DNA from: Candidatus Versatilivorator sp.
Lineage (GTDB): Bacteria > Acidobacteriota > Terriglobia > Versatilivoradales > Versatilivoraceae
DNA length: 64,000 nucleotides
Direction of reading: 5' to 3'
Assembly (NCBI GenBank): GCA_965207735.1
Contig: OZ242296.1
Span: forward strand, 2,496,001-2,560,000
Within the stretch, counting starts at the first letter, position 1. Every line of letters starts with the position of its first letter. Below the pieces are notes generated by a model. That model worked only from the letters and a program-made list of their open reading frames with translations, searched no databases and was not told the DNA's origin. Of the stretch, positions 45,498 to 55,445 are shown piece by piece. Made by a program: the position numbers and the translations under genes.

Positions 45498-46637
45498 TCA
45501 GCCAACCAGGCCCCTGAGTACCTCCTTGCAACGGCGGGCGACCACTTTCTCCTCACCCGGCTCCAGCATCCATGAACTCAACTCCAAGCGATTCCCCACG
45601 GTGGGAACGGGGGAGAGCTCAATTCGCGGTTCACCCTGCCGGAGCGCTTCCAGGAATTGCTCCTTGCTGAACTTGAGAACCCGGTCGTCCCATTCAATGG
45701 CCAAATGGGGAACCTGGCTGGAGATGACCGGCACGAAGTGGCTGGTTGTGATTCCCGGAATGCCACCAAAGGCCTCGCCAATGACCTCGAGCTGCCGCTC
45801 CCAACGTCTCCAATCGGCCTGGTGATCTCTTTTCAAGTAGAGTTCCAGGGCCTTGCAAAGACCGGCGATCTCCTCCTTGCCAACCTTGGACACCCGGCCG
45901 ATGCGGTCGGGATTGGGGGATGCGTTCAGAAAGGCAGCCCGAATCAGATCCTTGCGCCCCAACAGCAGACCGGACGATTGCGGCCCCCGGATTCCCTTGC
46001 CACCGCTGAAAGCCGCCAAATCAAATCCTAACCCGATCAAGTCGGTGAGATTTTCCACCGGTGGAATATCGGCCGCGGCATCGACCAGGCAGGGCACCCT
46101 GGCATTCCTGGCGATTTCAACATACTCCTTTCGTTGGATCTGCCCTCGGTGCTGGGCCATATTCAAGAAAAAAAGCATGGCAGTCCTGGAGCCGATGGCG
46201 GCTTCCAGTTCCCGCCGGCTTTCGACCTCAATCAACCGGACTCCAACGTTGCGAATGGCGTGGTCGTATTCCACCCGATGGGATTTCTGAAGGACGACTT
46301 CGTTCTTCATTCCCCGAGTGTCCGGGAGACGGCTCATCTTATCTTCGTCACACCCGGTCACACTGGCCGCGGTCCCCAACGTCAGCGCAGCCGCGCAGCC
46401 GCAAGTCACCAAAGCCGCCTCGGCGCCCAGCCAGGCGGCGATCTCTTGTCCTGCAGCTTCTTGCAGTTCCTGGATGGAGACGTATTGTGCGGAGGCCTCC
46501 TCCATGGACCGGAGCACCCGCGGAGCCATGAGGGAACCGCCGTACCGGGTGTAGCTGCCTCCAGCGTTGATGAAGGGGCGGAGACCCAGTCTTGCGTATA
46601 TTCCGGCTTGCTTGGATGGTGGGTTGGATTGAGCCAC
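45498..46637 (-). CDS. SelA-like PLP-dependent enzyme (DgaE/D-glucosaminate-6-phosphate ammonia-lyase-like)
   Basis: INAGGSYTRYGGSLM, EAALVTCGCAAALTL, VDAAA, FSGGKGIRGPQSSG, IGRVSKVGKEEI. GTG start chosen. Confidence 0.85.
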   Translation of the reverse strand: MAQSNPPSKQAGIYARLGLRPFINAGGSYTRYGGSLMAPRVLRSMEEASAQYVSIQELQEAAGQEIAAWLGAEAALVTCGCAAALTLGTAASVTGCDEDKMSRLPDTRGMKNEVVLQKSHRVEYDHAIRNVGVRLIEVESRRELEAAIGSRTAMLFFLNMAQHRGQIQRKEYVEIARNARVPCLVDAAADIPPVENLTDLIGLGFDLAAFSGGKGIRGPQSSGLLLGRKDLIRAAFLNASPNPDRIGRVSKVGKEEIAGLCKALELYLKRDHQADWRRWERQLEVIGEAFGGIPGITTSHFVPVISSQVPHLAIEWDDRVLKFSKEQFLEALRQGEPRIELSPVPTVGNRLELSSWMLEPGEEKVVARRCKEVLRGLVG

Positions 46638-46908
46638 GATGTTCCGAACCCTTTCGCCGAGAAACTCCTTGCTTCTGAAACCGACTTGAAAGTAGCACAG
46701 TTTCCGCCGGGCTACAAAGGCGCGGAACCGGGACTTGAAGCTATTGAGGATCGAGCGATGCCTGTTGAAGGAACTCAGGGACGAATTGGCATTTCCGGGG
46801 GACTGGTCGGGAAATGATGGGGCGGATTTGGTCTCTTGCCAATGGAAGAAATGAAGGCGGGACACCGAAAATCCGGAAGCCCCACCTTCAACTGGAACCG
46901 AGTGCTCC

Positions 46909-47481
46909 TCAGGACTTCTGCACGACCAGCTTATTGGTCACCGAGAACACTCCTGCAACCCCAGAGGCCTTCAGAAAGGCGAAATGCTTGTCCGACTCAC
47001 TGATGACCGTGCCAACCAGGGTGACGTCTCCCTTGTTCACAATGATGCCGATGGCATCGTAATCGCCAAGGCTGTAGGGGAAAAGGCGGCTGCCTCCATG
47101 GTAAAGCTCCCGGTAGACCGCCAGTCGAATCTGGTCGTCATTGGGAGAGTTCGGCAACACCTCGATATCGTTCACGACACTGGAAACTTCCTCGATGCCC
47201 TGAACGACCCTTCCCGCGGCATTCTTCAGGCTTGGACTGGTGACCTGGCCAATCAACCGGACCTCATCGCCATCGAGCTGGAAGGCGAGGTGATCAAAGA
47301 CGGTGAAGTAGGGAAGCATCACCAGTTCGTGCCGAATTTTTCTCTCCAGCGGCCTCTGGTCCTGGACAACGGGGCTCTCAACTTCGGTTTTTGCTTCTAT
47401 CAGGTCGCCGGCCCGAGACGCCAACGGCACGCTGAGGAGCACCGCCACCAAAAAAGTCGTGACTTTATGTTTCGTTTTCAT
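46909..47481 (-). CDS. BON domain (OsmY-like) protein
   Basis: Signal peptide. IRHELVMLPYFTVFD, VVNDIEVLP.SPNDDQIR, GVAGVFSVTNKL (two BON domains). Confidence 0.88.
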   Translation of the reverse strand: MKTKHKVTTFLVAVLLSVPLASRAGDLIEAKTEVESPVVQDQRPLERKIRHELVMLPYFTVFDHLAFQLDGDEVRLIGQVTSPSLKNAAGRVVQGIEEVSSVVNDIEVLPNSPNDDQIRLAVYRELYHGGSRLFPYSLGDYDAIGIIVNKGDVTLVGTVISESDKHFAFLKASGVAGVFSVTNKLVVQKS

Positions 47482-47620
47482 GTTTTTTCGCCCTCCTTAT
47501 TGAATTCAGGCCTCGATTCCGACCAAGGGTGAATCGCTTCAAGGCCCGCTTGCTCAGGCACTCAGGCGGCCTGCTCTCCACCCGGTGCGATTGACATTTC
47601 TATAGACGCAAGTTTGGCCG

Positions 47621-47665
47621 CAAGCGATGTAAAGAGTCGGTAAACCCCATGTAAAGTTTTGTGAT
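47621..47665. promoter_or_regulatory. CpxR-type binding box upstream of the BON gene / PQQ-repeat gene
   Basis: CAAGCG-AT-GTAAA-gagtcg-GTAAA-ccccat-GTAAA-gtttt-GTGAT. Confidence 0.7.
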
Positions 47666-47861
47666 CGCCCCGTCGGGGTCGCCGCCGCTTCGGCATGTCA
47701 GGAAGATAGGAGTTGGAACGGCAAATTCGGCGTAACCGGCCGGTAAGCCCCATCGTTCTACCTTCAGATGTCGGAGAATTCCCCACCAGCCGGAACGGAA
47801 CCGAAGGATTACCCCTTCACCCAAAGGAGCTTCCCCGTGTGTCAAAAACGGTATTTTCAGA

Positions 47862-49582
47862 TGATGGCGGCCGTTTCCCTGGTCCTGTGGTCGTCAAACC
47901 TGCACGCCGATTGGACTCGCTTTCGCGGCCCGAACGGCGCCGGTGTGAGCACTGAAAAGGGACCCCTCCCCATCCACTGGAACGGAACCCGCAACCTTCA
48001 ATGGAAGATCCCGCTGCCCGGACCGGGTTCCTCCAGTCCCATCGTGGTCGGCGACAAGGTCTTTGTGACCTACTGGTCGGGATATGGAATGGATCGCAGG
48101 AATCCCGGTGAGCTGAAGCAACTGCGCCGCCATCTGATCTGCATCGATCGCCGCACGGGCAAGACCCTCTGGTCCAAAGCCATCAAGGCCCGACTGCCGG
48201 AAATCCGTTACGGCAGGAGGATCGCTGAACACGGCTATGCCACCCACACACCGGTTTCCGATGGTGAGCACGTCTATGCCTTCTTTGGCAAGAGCGGAGT
48301 CTTTTGCTTCGACATGGACGGAAAGCAGGTCTGGCAAAGGCACGTGGGCATGGAATCGGATCCTGTTGGCCGCGGGTCCGCTTCAAGCCCCATAATCTAC
48401 AAGCACCTGCTCATTGTCACGGCCAGCGCCGAAAGGGAAGCCCTGGTCGGCCTGAACAGGAAGACAGGGGAAGAAGTCTGGAGGCAGGAGGCGGCGGGCT
48501 TGAACGCCACCTGGGGAACTCCCGCGTTGGCCCAGGCCGGACCCAACCGGACAGACCTCGTGATCGCTGTCCCCAGAGAGATCTGGGGGCTCAATCCGAA
48601 CACCGGCAGGCTGCGTTGGTATTCCTCGGGGCTGCGATCTTCCAATGCCAACTCCAGCGCGATTTCCCAAGGCGGCATCGTCTTTGCCGTCGAGTCGGGT
48701 GCGGGCGGCGGCGGCGGGATAGCCGTCCGTGCAGGGGGAACGGGTGACGTCACCGGGTCTCGCGTAGTCTGGTCTGCCCGTCACGCCAACCGAACGGCAA
48801 CACCCATCTTCTACCAGGGGCGGCTCTACACCTTCTCGAACCAGATCGTAACCTGCATCGACGCCGCAACCGGCACGGAGATCTTCAAGGCTCGCCTAAG
48901 GACCAACGGCGCTGTCCCGGCAACTCCGGGCAGCTTCAGAAGAGGTGGCGGATTTGGAGGCGACTATGCATCTCCCGTCATTGGCGACGGCAAGATCTAC
49001 TTTGTGACGCGCTCCGGGCAGGTCTTCGTGCTCAAGGCCAGTGACCGACTCGAGGTCTTGGGGGTCAATCACATGGGCGAAGAGGGCGAGGATTTCAGCG
49101 CCACGCCGGCCATCAGCCAGGGCCGCCTTTTCCTGCGCTCCAACCGAAACCTTTACTGCCTCGCACTCAGGGAGGATCCGGCCAGCTCCGCCAGGCAACG
49201 GCCTGAAGCCGCCCCTGCCCCTGCTCCGGAGGTCCGGGAAGTGCCGCCACCTTCGGCCCCACCGCCCGGACCGGGCCGATTCGGGGGCCGGCGGCGGGGC
49301 CGCGGCGGTTTCGATCCTTCCTGGATCTTTCAGCGTCGCGACGCCAATGGCGACGGCAAGCTCAGCGGCGAAGAGATTCCGGAACGAATGCGCGGCAACC
49401 TGGAAAGGATGGATACCGACGGTGACGGCGCGGTGACCCTGGCCGAGTTCCGGCAGGCAATGAGTCAGATGCGCGGGAGAAGCCGCGGTCGTTCTCCCGA
49501 CCGGGAAGGCGGGAGATTCGGCGGAAGGAATCGACGTCAGGGACGTCCCGAGAGGCCCCAGCGTCCCGAAATGGAAGGCTGA
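47862..49582 (+). CDS. PQQ-binding-like beta-propeller (BamB-like) protein with C-terminal EF-hands
   Basis: ADWTRFRGPNGAG, WKIPLPGPGSSSPIV, SASSPII, ATPAISQGRLFLRS. DANGDGKLSGEE and DTDGDGAVTLAEF EF-hands. Start could be 47768. Confidence 0.88.
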
Positions 49583-49597
49583 CTCCACTCTCCACTC

Positions 49598-50590
49598 TCA
49601 GGAGCGGCGCTTCAACCGGGGACGGTCGTCATCTTCCGGTTGCGGTTCGTCCTCCACTCCGACCTCGCCGGAGGTTCGGCGCTTCAGGCTGGGCCGCCCT
49701 TCTTTCTCTCCCGGTGAGGGTCTCCTGGCATTATCCATGGCGATGAGCCTGGCCTTGATCCTGTCAAACTCGGTGGTGTTGATCACGTACTGGTCGCGTT
49801 CCGGCAGAATCGTTTCAATGTTCGCCTGAGTCTTCTTGATCCGCTTGTGGGTTGGAGGATGGGTCGAGAAGGCCGTGGCCAGCTTGCCCCGCTTTTTCTT
49901 CTTCTGAGCCTGCAGTTTCTCAAAGAAGGATACAAACCCAATGGGGTCGTAACCGGTTTTGTACATGTACTGAAGACCCAGGTAGTCCGCCTCGTTCTCG
50001 GCCTTGCGGCTGAACCGCAGGAATTGCATCGGAATCAGGAAGCTGGATGCATTGTAGATCGCCGACGCGATCCCTCCGCTGAGAAAGATCAGGGGGATCA
50101 TGGCGTAGTTGGCTATGGTGGCCTTGGTTTGCTGCTCGGTGGCGTGGCGGGCGGTCACGTGGGCAATCTCATGGGCCATTACCCCGGCAATTTCCGATTC
50201 GCTGTCGGCGGCGGTGATCAATCCGCTGTTGACGTAGAGAAAGCCTCCGGGTAGGGCCATGGCATTGATCTCTTCCGAGTCGATCACCTTGATGGTAAAG
50301 GGCACCTTGGCGTCGGAATTGCGCACCAGGTTCTGGGCGATCCGGTTCACATACTCGGTGACTTCAGGATCCTCGACCAGCTTGACTTGACGTTCGATCT
50401 GCTGGGAAAGCTGACGGCCCAGAGCCATCTCCTTCTCGATTGAAATGATATTCAAGTTCCCCTTGTTGACGTTTCGATTCCCTATCTCGTCCAGGTCGGA
50501 GTTCTTGGGGGCCTTGGCAAACGACGGTACGCCGCCGACAAGACTCATGGTCAAACAGGGTGTGATCACATATTTCTTGAGAAACTGCAT
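49598..50590 (-). CDS. M48 family metallopeptidase (BepA/LoiP-like)
   Basis: INAMALPGG, GVMAHEIAH, FSRKAENEAD, STHP. Signal peptide. Confidence 0.92.
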   Translation of the reverse strand: MQFLKKYVITPCLTMSLVGGVPSFAKAPKNSDLDEIGNRNVNKGNLNIISIEKEMALGRQLSQQIERQVKLVEDPEVTEYVNRIAQNLVRNSDAKVPFTIKVIDSEEINAMALPGGFLYVNSGLITAADSESEIAGVMAHEIAHVTARHATEQQTKATIANYAMIPLIFLSGGIASAIYNASSFLIPMQFLRFSRKAENEADYLGLQYMYKTGYDPIGFVSFFEKLQAQKKKKRGKLATAFSTHPPTHKRIKKTQANIETILPERDQYVINTTEFDRIKARLIAMDNARRPSPGEKEGRPSLKRRTSGEVGVEDEPQPEDDDRPRLKRRS

Positions 50591-50659
50591 GAAGCCCTCC
50601 TTCTCGGGATTCACGTCCCGTAGATTACTTGCCTACAGGATCAGATGCCGATCGAGGCA

Positions 50660-50704
50660 CAAGCGAGGTAAAGAGTCGGTCAACGTTACGTAAAGATTCG
50701 TCAA
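50660..50704. promoter_or_regulatory. CpxR-type binding box upstream of the M48 peptidase
   Basis: CAAGCG-AG-GTAAA-gagtcg-GTCAA-cgttac-GTAAA-gattc-GTCAA. Confidence 0.7.
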
Positions 50705-50789
50705 GACTGGAGACTCTCCCCCAATGGCCTTGCGGAAAGACCACTGGGAGAGTTCCCTCGACTATCGGGCCAGGCGGATCGCCGTCAGG

Positions 50790-51380
50790 TCAGCGAGCCG
50801 GTTCCTTCAGGTAGACCAGGGTTTGAGTTCGCTCCCGGGGTCCGCCAGTGGTGGTTCTCACCACGGTCATGGTCTTGCCGTCATCGGAGAGGCTGCGAAC
50901 CTCCTTCACGTCCATCGGCCCCATGCGGGTTTCCATGCTGGTTTGAGTAACCAGCCGATTCCCTTCCCAATGGGTCCTCGAGGGTATGGACATGCCACCG
51001 AATCCCGGGTTGGTCGACTCTTTTCCGTCCGTGGTGAAACTGGATGTCCGGACCCGCTCTTCGCCCCCGAAATTCATCGATTGCTTGATGACGAGCTGCT
51101 GCTCCTTGTGATCGATGGTCAAAGGGCCTCTCGTACCTCCCCGGCCCCTGCGACCCATGCCGCGCCGGCCGGGACCTCCGCTTCCCTGGCGGGCGCCTTC
51201 ACCTGGCCTGCCGGCGCCGAAACGGCCGGAGCCAGGACCGCGGCCGCCACGGCCCAACTCACTTCTCTCGGGATCCAGCGTCCAGGTGCCGGAGAAGTTG
51301 GGCTTTTCGCCCGCCAGCACCACCAGGGACAGCCCCAAAAACAGGATCACCGAAAAGGTAATTGCTCTCTTGGTTCCCAT
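50790..51380 (-). CDS. Secreted hypothetical protein (lipocalin-like beta barrel with a Gly/Arg-rich insert)
   Basis: Signal peptide. KPNFSGTWTLDPERS, WEGNRLV, RSLSDDGKTMTV. Confidence 0.75.
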   Translation of the reverse strand: MGTKRAITFSVILFLGLSLVVLAGEKPNFSGTWTLDPERSELGRGGRGPGSGRFGAGRPGEGARQGSGGPGRRGMGRRGRGGTRGPLTIDHKEQQLVIKQSMNFGGEERVRTSSFTTDGKESTNPGFGGMSIPSRTHWEGNRLVTQTSMETRMGPMDVKEVRSLSDDGKTMTVVRTTTGGPRERTQTLVYLKEPAR

Positions 51381-51484
51381 CGCTTCCTCCCCTTTTTCAA
51401 TTTCACTCCTGGTTAATCGCCGAAAGTTGGCGTTCGACCTTCTCCAGTCCGAGCCCGGACCGCCTGTCGCGGCCGGGCCAATAA

Positions 51485-51516
51485 GGTTGGGCCCGACCTG
51501 AGAGTCGGGCCCAACC
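51485..51516. other. Perfect 13 bp hairpin between the Spy/CpxP gene and its downstream gene
   Basis: GGTTGGGCCCGAC-ctgaga-GTCGGGCCCAACC. No clear U-tract. Confidence 0.55.
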
Positions 51517-51561
51517 CGTCGCTTCCAGAATGGCACACTGCGCCGTGGCGATGTCCAGGGA

Positions 51562-52107
51562 TTACTCTCCGCCAGGGGAGTCGCCGGATCGCTGGTGTCG
51601 CCGTTGCTTGCGCTTTTCCCAGCGGGCTTTTCGCTTCTCTTGAATCGAGCTCCATTTCTGCTGCTGCTCCGGCGTCAGGACATTCTTGAGATCCAACCGC
51701 GTCTTGGCGCCGATGGCCACCAACTGGCCCTGGAGCTTGCCCTGCTGGGTGGCCAACGTGTCGATCTTGGCCGTCTCCCCTGCCTTGACGGCTTCGCGCA
51801 GGGCCTTGCGGCCGGACCGCAACTGCTTGCGGATCGGTTTGGATTGATCCCGGGCAGCCGTTCGAATCTTCTTGATGTCGGCCTGTTGGGCTTCGGTCAA
51901 GCCCAGGAACTCGGCCATCATCGCACCCCGCATCCCGATCCTGCCCTTGCCGCCGGGGCCTCTCCCCCGACCGCCTCCACCCCCGAAGCCTGCGAACTGG
52001 CCAAAGGCGGATTCCACCAGCAGAATCGACGCCAGGGCGAAAACCGAGACCATCACTCCTCTTGCCAGAATCTTTCCCGTTTGGGACTTGTTCGAAACTT
52101 GAAACAT
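51562..52107 (-). CDS. Spy/CpxP family periplasmic chaperone (LTXXQ motifs)
   Basis: LGLTEAQQ and VLTPEQQ motifs. Signal peptide. Divergent from the response regulator. Confidence 0.88.
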   Translation of the reverse strand: MFQVSNKSQTGKILARGVMVSVFALASILLVESAFGQFAGFGGGGGRGRGPGGKGRIGMRGAMMAEFLGLTEAQQADIKKIRTAARDQSKPIRKQLRSGRKALREAVKAGETAKIDTLATQQGKLQGQLVAIGAKTRLDLKNVLTPEQQQKWSSIQEKRKARWEKRKQRRHQRSGDSPGGE

Positions 52108-52198
52108 TTGAGTTTCCTCCTTTTCTGGAATTTTCAAGAGCCCCAACTGCAACCTTGCTCCTCGCCTGACTCTTACCCCTATATACGTCGCTCCCCGC

Positions 52199-52244
52199 CA
52201 AGCGGGTGTAAAGAGTGCGTCAGGGTTCTGTAGAGTTTTGTCAA
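52199..52244. promoter_or_regulatory. CpxR-type binding box between the Spy/CpxP gene and the response regulator
   Basis: CAAGCG-GGT-GTAAA-gagtgc-GTCAG-ggttct-GTAGA-gtttt-GTCAA. Confidence 0.65.
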
Positions 52245-52339
52245 TCCGTTTCTAGACAGTTGAGCTCTACCGATCCAAAACAGTACCCTTAACTGTTCCG
52301 GGGTACCCCGGACGGCGCCATCCACTCATCGAGGTCACC

Positions 52340-53044
52340 ATGGATCGTTTGCTGGTCGTCGATGACGACACTGAGCTCTGTTCGCTGGTCACCAGGTATC
52401 TGGAAGCGGAGGGGTTTGAGGTGGACTCGGTCAACCACGGACAGGAGGGCATCGAACGAGCTCTCTCGGGCGAGTACTCCCTGGTGGTTCTGGATGTGAT
52501 GTTGCCCGGCCTCAACGGATTCGACGTCTTGCGGCGCATTCGAGCCGAATCGCGTGTCCCGGTGATCATGCTGTCGGCCAGAGCCGAGGACGTAGAGAGA
52601 ATCGTGGGGCTCGAGATCGGAGCCGACGACTACCTGGCCAAGCCCTTTAACCCTCACGAACTGGTTGCGCGGATCCGGGCCGTTTTCCGCCGCTCCCGGC
52701 CCGACAGAAAGCCTGACCCTGAAAACATTCGCCATCCTCTCCTGAAGGTGGGAGACATCGAACTGGACAAGAATGCCTGGAAGGTCATGCAAGACGGTCA
52801 ACCGGTGGTGCTGACCACGCTGGAGTTCAACCTCCTGGAGATGCTGCTCAGGTCGGCCGGACAGGTGCTGCCTCGCGAGGAACTGGTGCAAACCCTGCTG
52901 GGACGCGAGTTCGACCCATTCGACCGCAGCATCGACATGCACGTGAGCAACCTGCGCAAGAAACTGGGCCGTCACGTCAATGGAACGGAACGGATCAAAT
53001 CGGTCCGCGGCGTCGGATACGTTTTTCCCAACCCCGCGACTTGA
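52340..53044 (+). CDS. cpxR: OmpR-family response regulator, CpxR-like
   Basis: LLVVDDD, LDVMLP, GADDYLAKPF, PFDRSIDMHVSNLRKKL (CpxR-like). Divergent CpxP-like gene. Confidence 0.85.
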   Translation: MDRLLVVDDDTELCSLVTRYLEAEGFEVDSVNHGQEGIERALSGEYSLVVLDVMLPGLNGFDVLRRIRAESRVPVIMLSARAEDVERIVGLEIGADDYLAKPFNPHELVARIRAVFRRSRPDRKPDPENIRHPLLKVGDIELDKNAWKVMQDGQPVVLTTLEFNLLEMLLRSAGQVLPREELVQTLLGREFDPFDRSIDMHVSNLRKKLGRHVNGTERIKSVRGVGYVFPNPAT

Positions 53045-53069
53045 GAACGGGGAAAAGAGTACCGAAATC

Positions 53070-54521
53070 ATGCGCAGTCTCGTACTGAAAATTTTCATCT
53101 GGTTCTGGGCAGCCATGGCCCTGGTCGGCATGGCCCTCTATTTCTCCACCGCAGCCACCATGTCGGAGCAGGCCGAGATTCAAGAGCGTCAATGGATTGG
53201 GATAACCGTGCCCCTGGTTGCGCAAACGGCGGCTGATATTTTCGAAAGGGACGGCCCCTCGGGGCTGAACCGATACATCAATCGGGTCAATCGGCGGCGG
53301 CGTTTCAACGTCTCCTTCCTCAATGCAGAGGGGGAGGTCCTGGCCGGACCCGATCCCTCGCCCGCTGTCGGCAACCTGGCCTCCCGGGCCGCAAAAAGCA
53401 GCGACCGCCTGGTGGAGATTGTTCAGGGAGAACGCCTGGTGGCTCAGAGCGTGGTTTCGACCGGAGGGCGCCGGTTCGTCCTGGCGGCAGGCATCCGGGC
53501 CCGATTTCCAGGAAACCCACGCGGACGCCCCCGGCGGCCGCCACCAATCCTGAGAGCCCTGGGGATTCTGGACGCTGACATCCAGACCCAGATGCTTCGC
53601 ATCCTGGCCGTATTCTTGACGGCCGGACTGGTCTGCTACGGCCTGGCCTGCTATCTGACCGCTCCCCTGAAGAAACTTCGGGCCGCGACCCGGAAACTGG
53701 CGGACGGGGACCTGGCTGCCCGGGTTGGAAATGCCCCGGGCGGGCGGCAAGACGAACTGACCGAACTCGGCCACGATTTCGACCAGATGGCCGCGCGTAT
53801 CCAGACCACGGTGGGTGCTCAGCGCCGTCTGTTGAGCGACATCTCCCACGAGCTACGCTCCCCCCTGGCGCGGCTCAATGTGGCGCTGGCGCTGATTCGC
53901 CAACGCATCAAGGGTCGGTCCGACAACGAATTGGACCGCATTGAGCTGGAAGCGGGACGCCTCAACAAGCTCATCGGCCACCTGCTCACCCTCAGCCGCA
54001 TCGAAAGCGGCAGCATGGAGGCCGCTCGCGACGACATTGCCTTGGACCAACTGCTGGCGGAGCTGGTGGCCGATGCCGAATACGAAGCCCGTGGCTCGGG
54101 AAAGAGCGTTCGCATCCTCTCCAGCCAGGCCTGCGTCGCCATCGGAAATCGGGAGCTCTTGAGAAGCGCCATCGAGAATGTGGTCCGGAACGCCGTCTAC
54201 TACACCGCGGACAAGACCGCGGTCGAGGTTGAGCTGAAACCGGGCGGGGAGCAGCCGGACACGGCCGTGATCACGGTTCGCGACCATGGAGAAGGAGTGC
54301 GCGAGTCGGAACTCGGCGAGATCTTTCGACCCTTCTACCGGGTGGCCGCGGCCCGGGAAAGACAGAGCGGCGGAACAGGACTGGGGCTGGCCATCACCCG
54401 GAAGGCCATACAGTTGCACAACGGCTCCGTAGCCGCTTCCAACGCCTCCGGAGGAGGGCTGCGCATTGAGATACGACTGCCCGCCCGTCCAGGCACCACA
54501 GATACAGCCGAGCCCCTCTGA
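53070..54521 (+). CDS. cpxA: HAMP-domain sensor histidine kinase, CpxA-like
   Basis: Two TM segments, HAMP, RLLSDISHELRSPLARL, SAIENVVRNA, RDHGEG, PFYRV, GGTGLGL. Confidence 0.85.
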   Translation: MRSLVLKIFIWFWAAMALVGMALYFSTAATMSEQAEIQERQWIGITVPLVAQTAADIFERDGPSGLNRYINRVNRRRRFNVSFLNAEGEVLAGPDPSPAVGNLASRAAKSSDRLVEIVQGERLVAQSVVSTGGRRFVLAAGIRARFPGNPRGRPRRPPPILRALGILDADIQTQMLRILAVFLTAGLVCYGLACYLTAPLKKLRAATRKLADGDLAARVGNAPGGRQDELTELGHDFDQMAARIQTTVGAQRRLLSDISHELRSPLARLNVALALIRQRIKGRSDNELDRIELEAGRLNKLIGHLLTLSRIESGSMEAARDDIALDQLLAELVADAEYEARGSGKSVRILSSQACVAIGNRELLRSAIENVVRNAVYYTADKTAVEVELKPGGEQPDTAVITVRDHGEGVRESELGEIFRPFYRVAAARERQSGGTGLGLAITRKAIQLHNGSVAASNASGGGLRIEIRLPARPGTTDTAEPL

Positions 54522-54663
54522 TTGTGGTAGATGTTTCGCCGCGCCGACTCGGCGGCAAGCGTACCTCCTTGACAGATCCGTCTCCGAAAGGATATCTGTG
54601 AGGGCTGGTCGCGTCCCCTGCGACGGGCGGATCAAACCGGTTGATACAAGCGGCGTCAATACA

Positions 54664-55443
54664 ATGGGCGACATTCTCCTGACACGACGGGAAGAGGACA
54701 TCGCAACCGTCATTCTCAACCGTCCGGAAAAGCTGAATGCACTCAGCCGGGAGTTGTGGCTGCGGGTGGGACAGGCGATGCGGGACCTTTCCTCGGACGA
54801 GTCCCTGCGCTGCATTGTCCTGCGTGGGGCCGGGGCGAGGGCCTTCTCGCCGGGGGCCGACATCTCCGAGTTTTCGGCACACCGCTCCAATCGCCAGCAG
54901 GCTCGGGACTACGGAGCCCTGATCCAGGAAGCGATGCAATCCATCAGGGACTGTCAGCACCCGGTCATCGCCATGATCCTGGGAGTCTGCGTTGGCGGCG
55001 GTCTGGAGCTGGCTTCCATGTGCGACCTCAGGATCTGTGGAGAGTCCAGCCGCTTTGGAGTTCCCGTCAATCGAATCGCCATCACCATGGCCTACCCCGA
55101 GATTCGGGCGCTCATCGACCTGGTGGGTCGGGCAACGGCGCTGGAGATTCTCCTGGAGGGCCGGGTTTTCGGAGCTCAGGAAGCCAAGGCCAAGGGCCTG
55201 GTCACCCGCGTCGTTGCGGACAGCGAGGTCGAAAAGGAAACCTACGCCACCGCCCGCCGCATCGCGGACGGAGCCCCCCTGGCCAACCGCCTGCACAAGC
55301 GATTTGCCTACCGCCTATTGGATCCCGAGCCGTTGACCCCGGCCGAAGTGGACCAGGGTTTCGAAATTGTCGGCACCGAGGACCACCGGGAGGGATACCG
55401 GGCCTTCCTCACCAAGACCAAGCCGCGCTTCAAGGCCCGTTGA
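54664..55443 (+). CDS. Enoyl-CoA hydratase/isomerase (crotonase family)
   Basis: LNRPEKLNAL, AFSPGADISEF, CVGGGLELA and EGYRAFL motifs. Confidence 0.92.
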   Translation: MGDILLTRREEDIATVILNRPEKLNALSRELWLRVGQAMRDLSSDESLRCIVLRGAGARAFSPGADISEFSAHRSNRQQARDYGALIQEAMQSIRDCQHPVIAMILGVCVGGGLELASMCDLRICGESSRFGVPVNRIAITMAYPEIRALIDLVGRATALEILLEGRVFGAQEAKAKGLVTRVVADSEVEKETYATARRIADGAPLANRLHKRFAYRLLDPEPLTPAEVDQGFEIVGTEDHREGYRAFLTKTKPRFKAR

Positions 55444-55445
55444 CC

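Noticed and set aside
45498-46865. True selA and a selenocysteine system
   Set aside because: The motifs fit the SelA-like/DgaE group, no selB, selC or selD is seen, and the ORF-track N-terminal extension looks non-coding.
54756-55445. N-terminal extension of the CoA transferase (652 aa ORF)
   Set aside because: It overlaps the enoyl-CoA hydratase in another frame. CaiB homology starts after the ATG at 55446.
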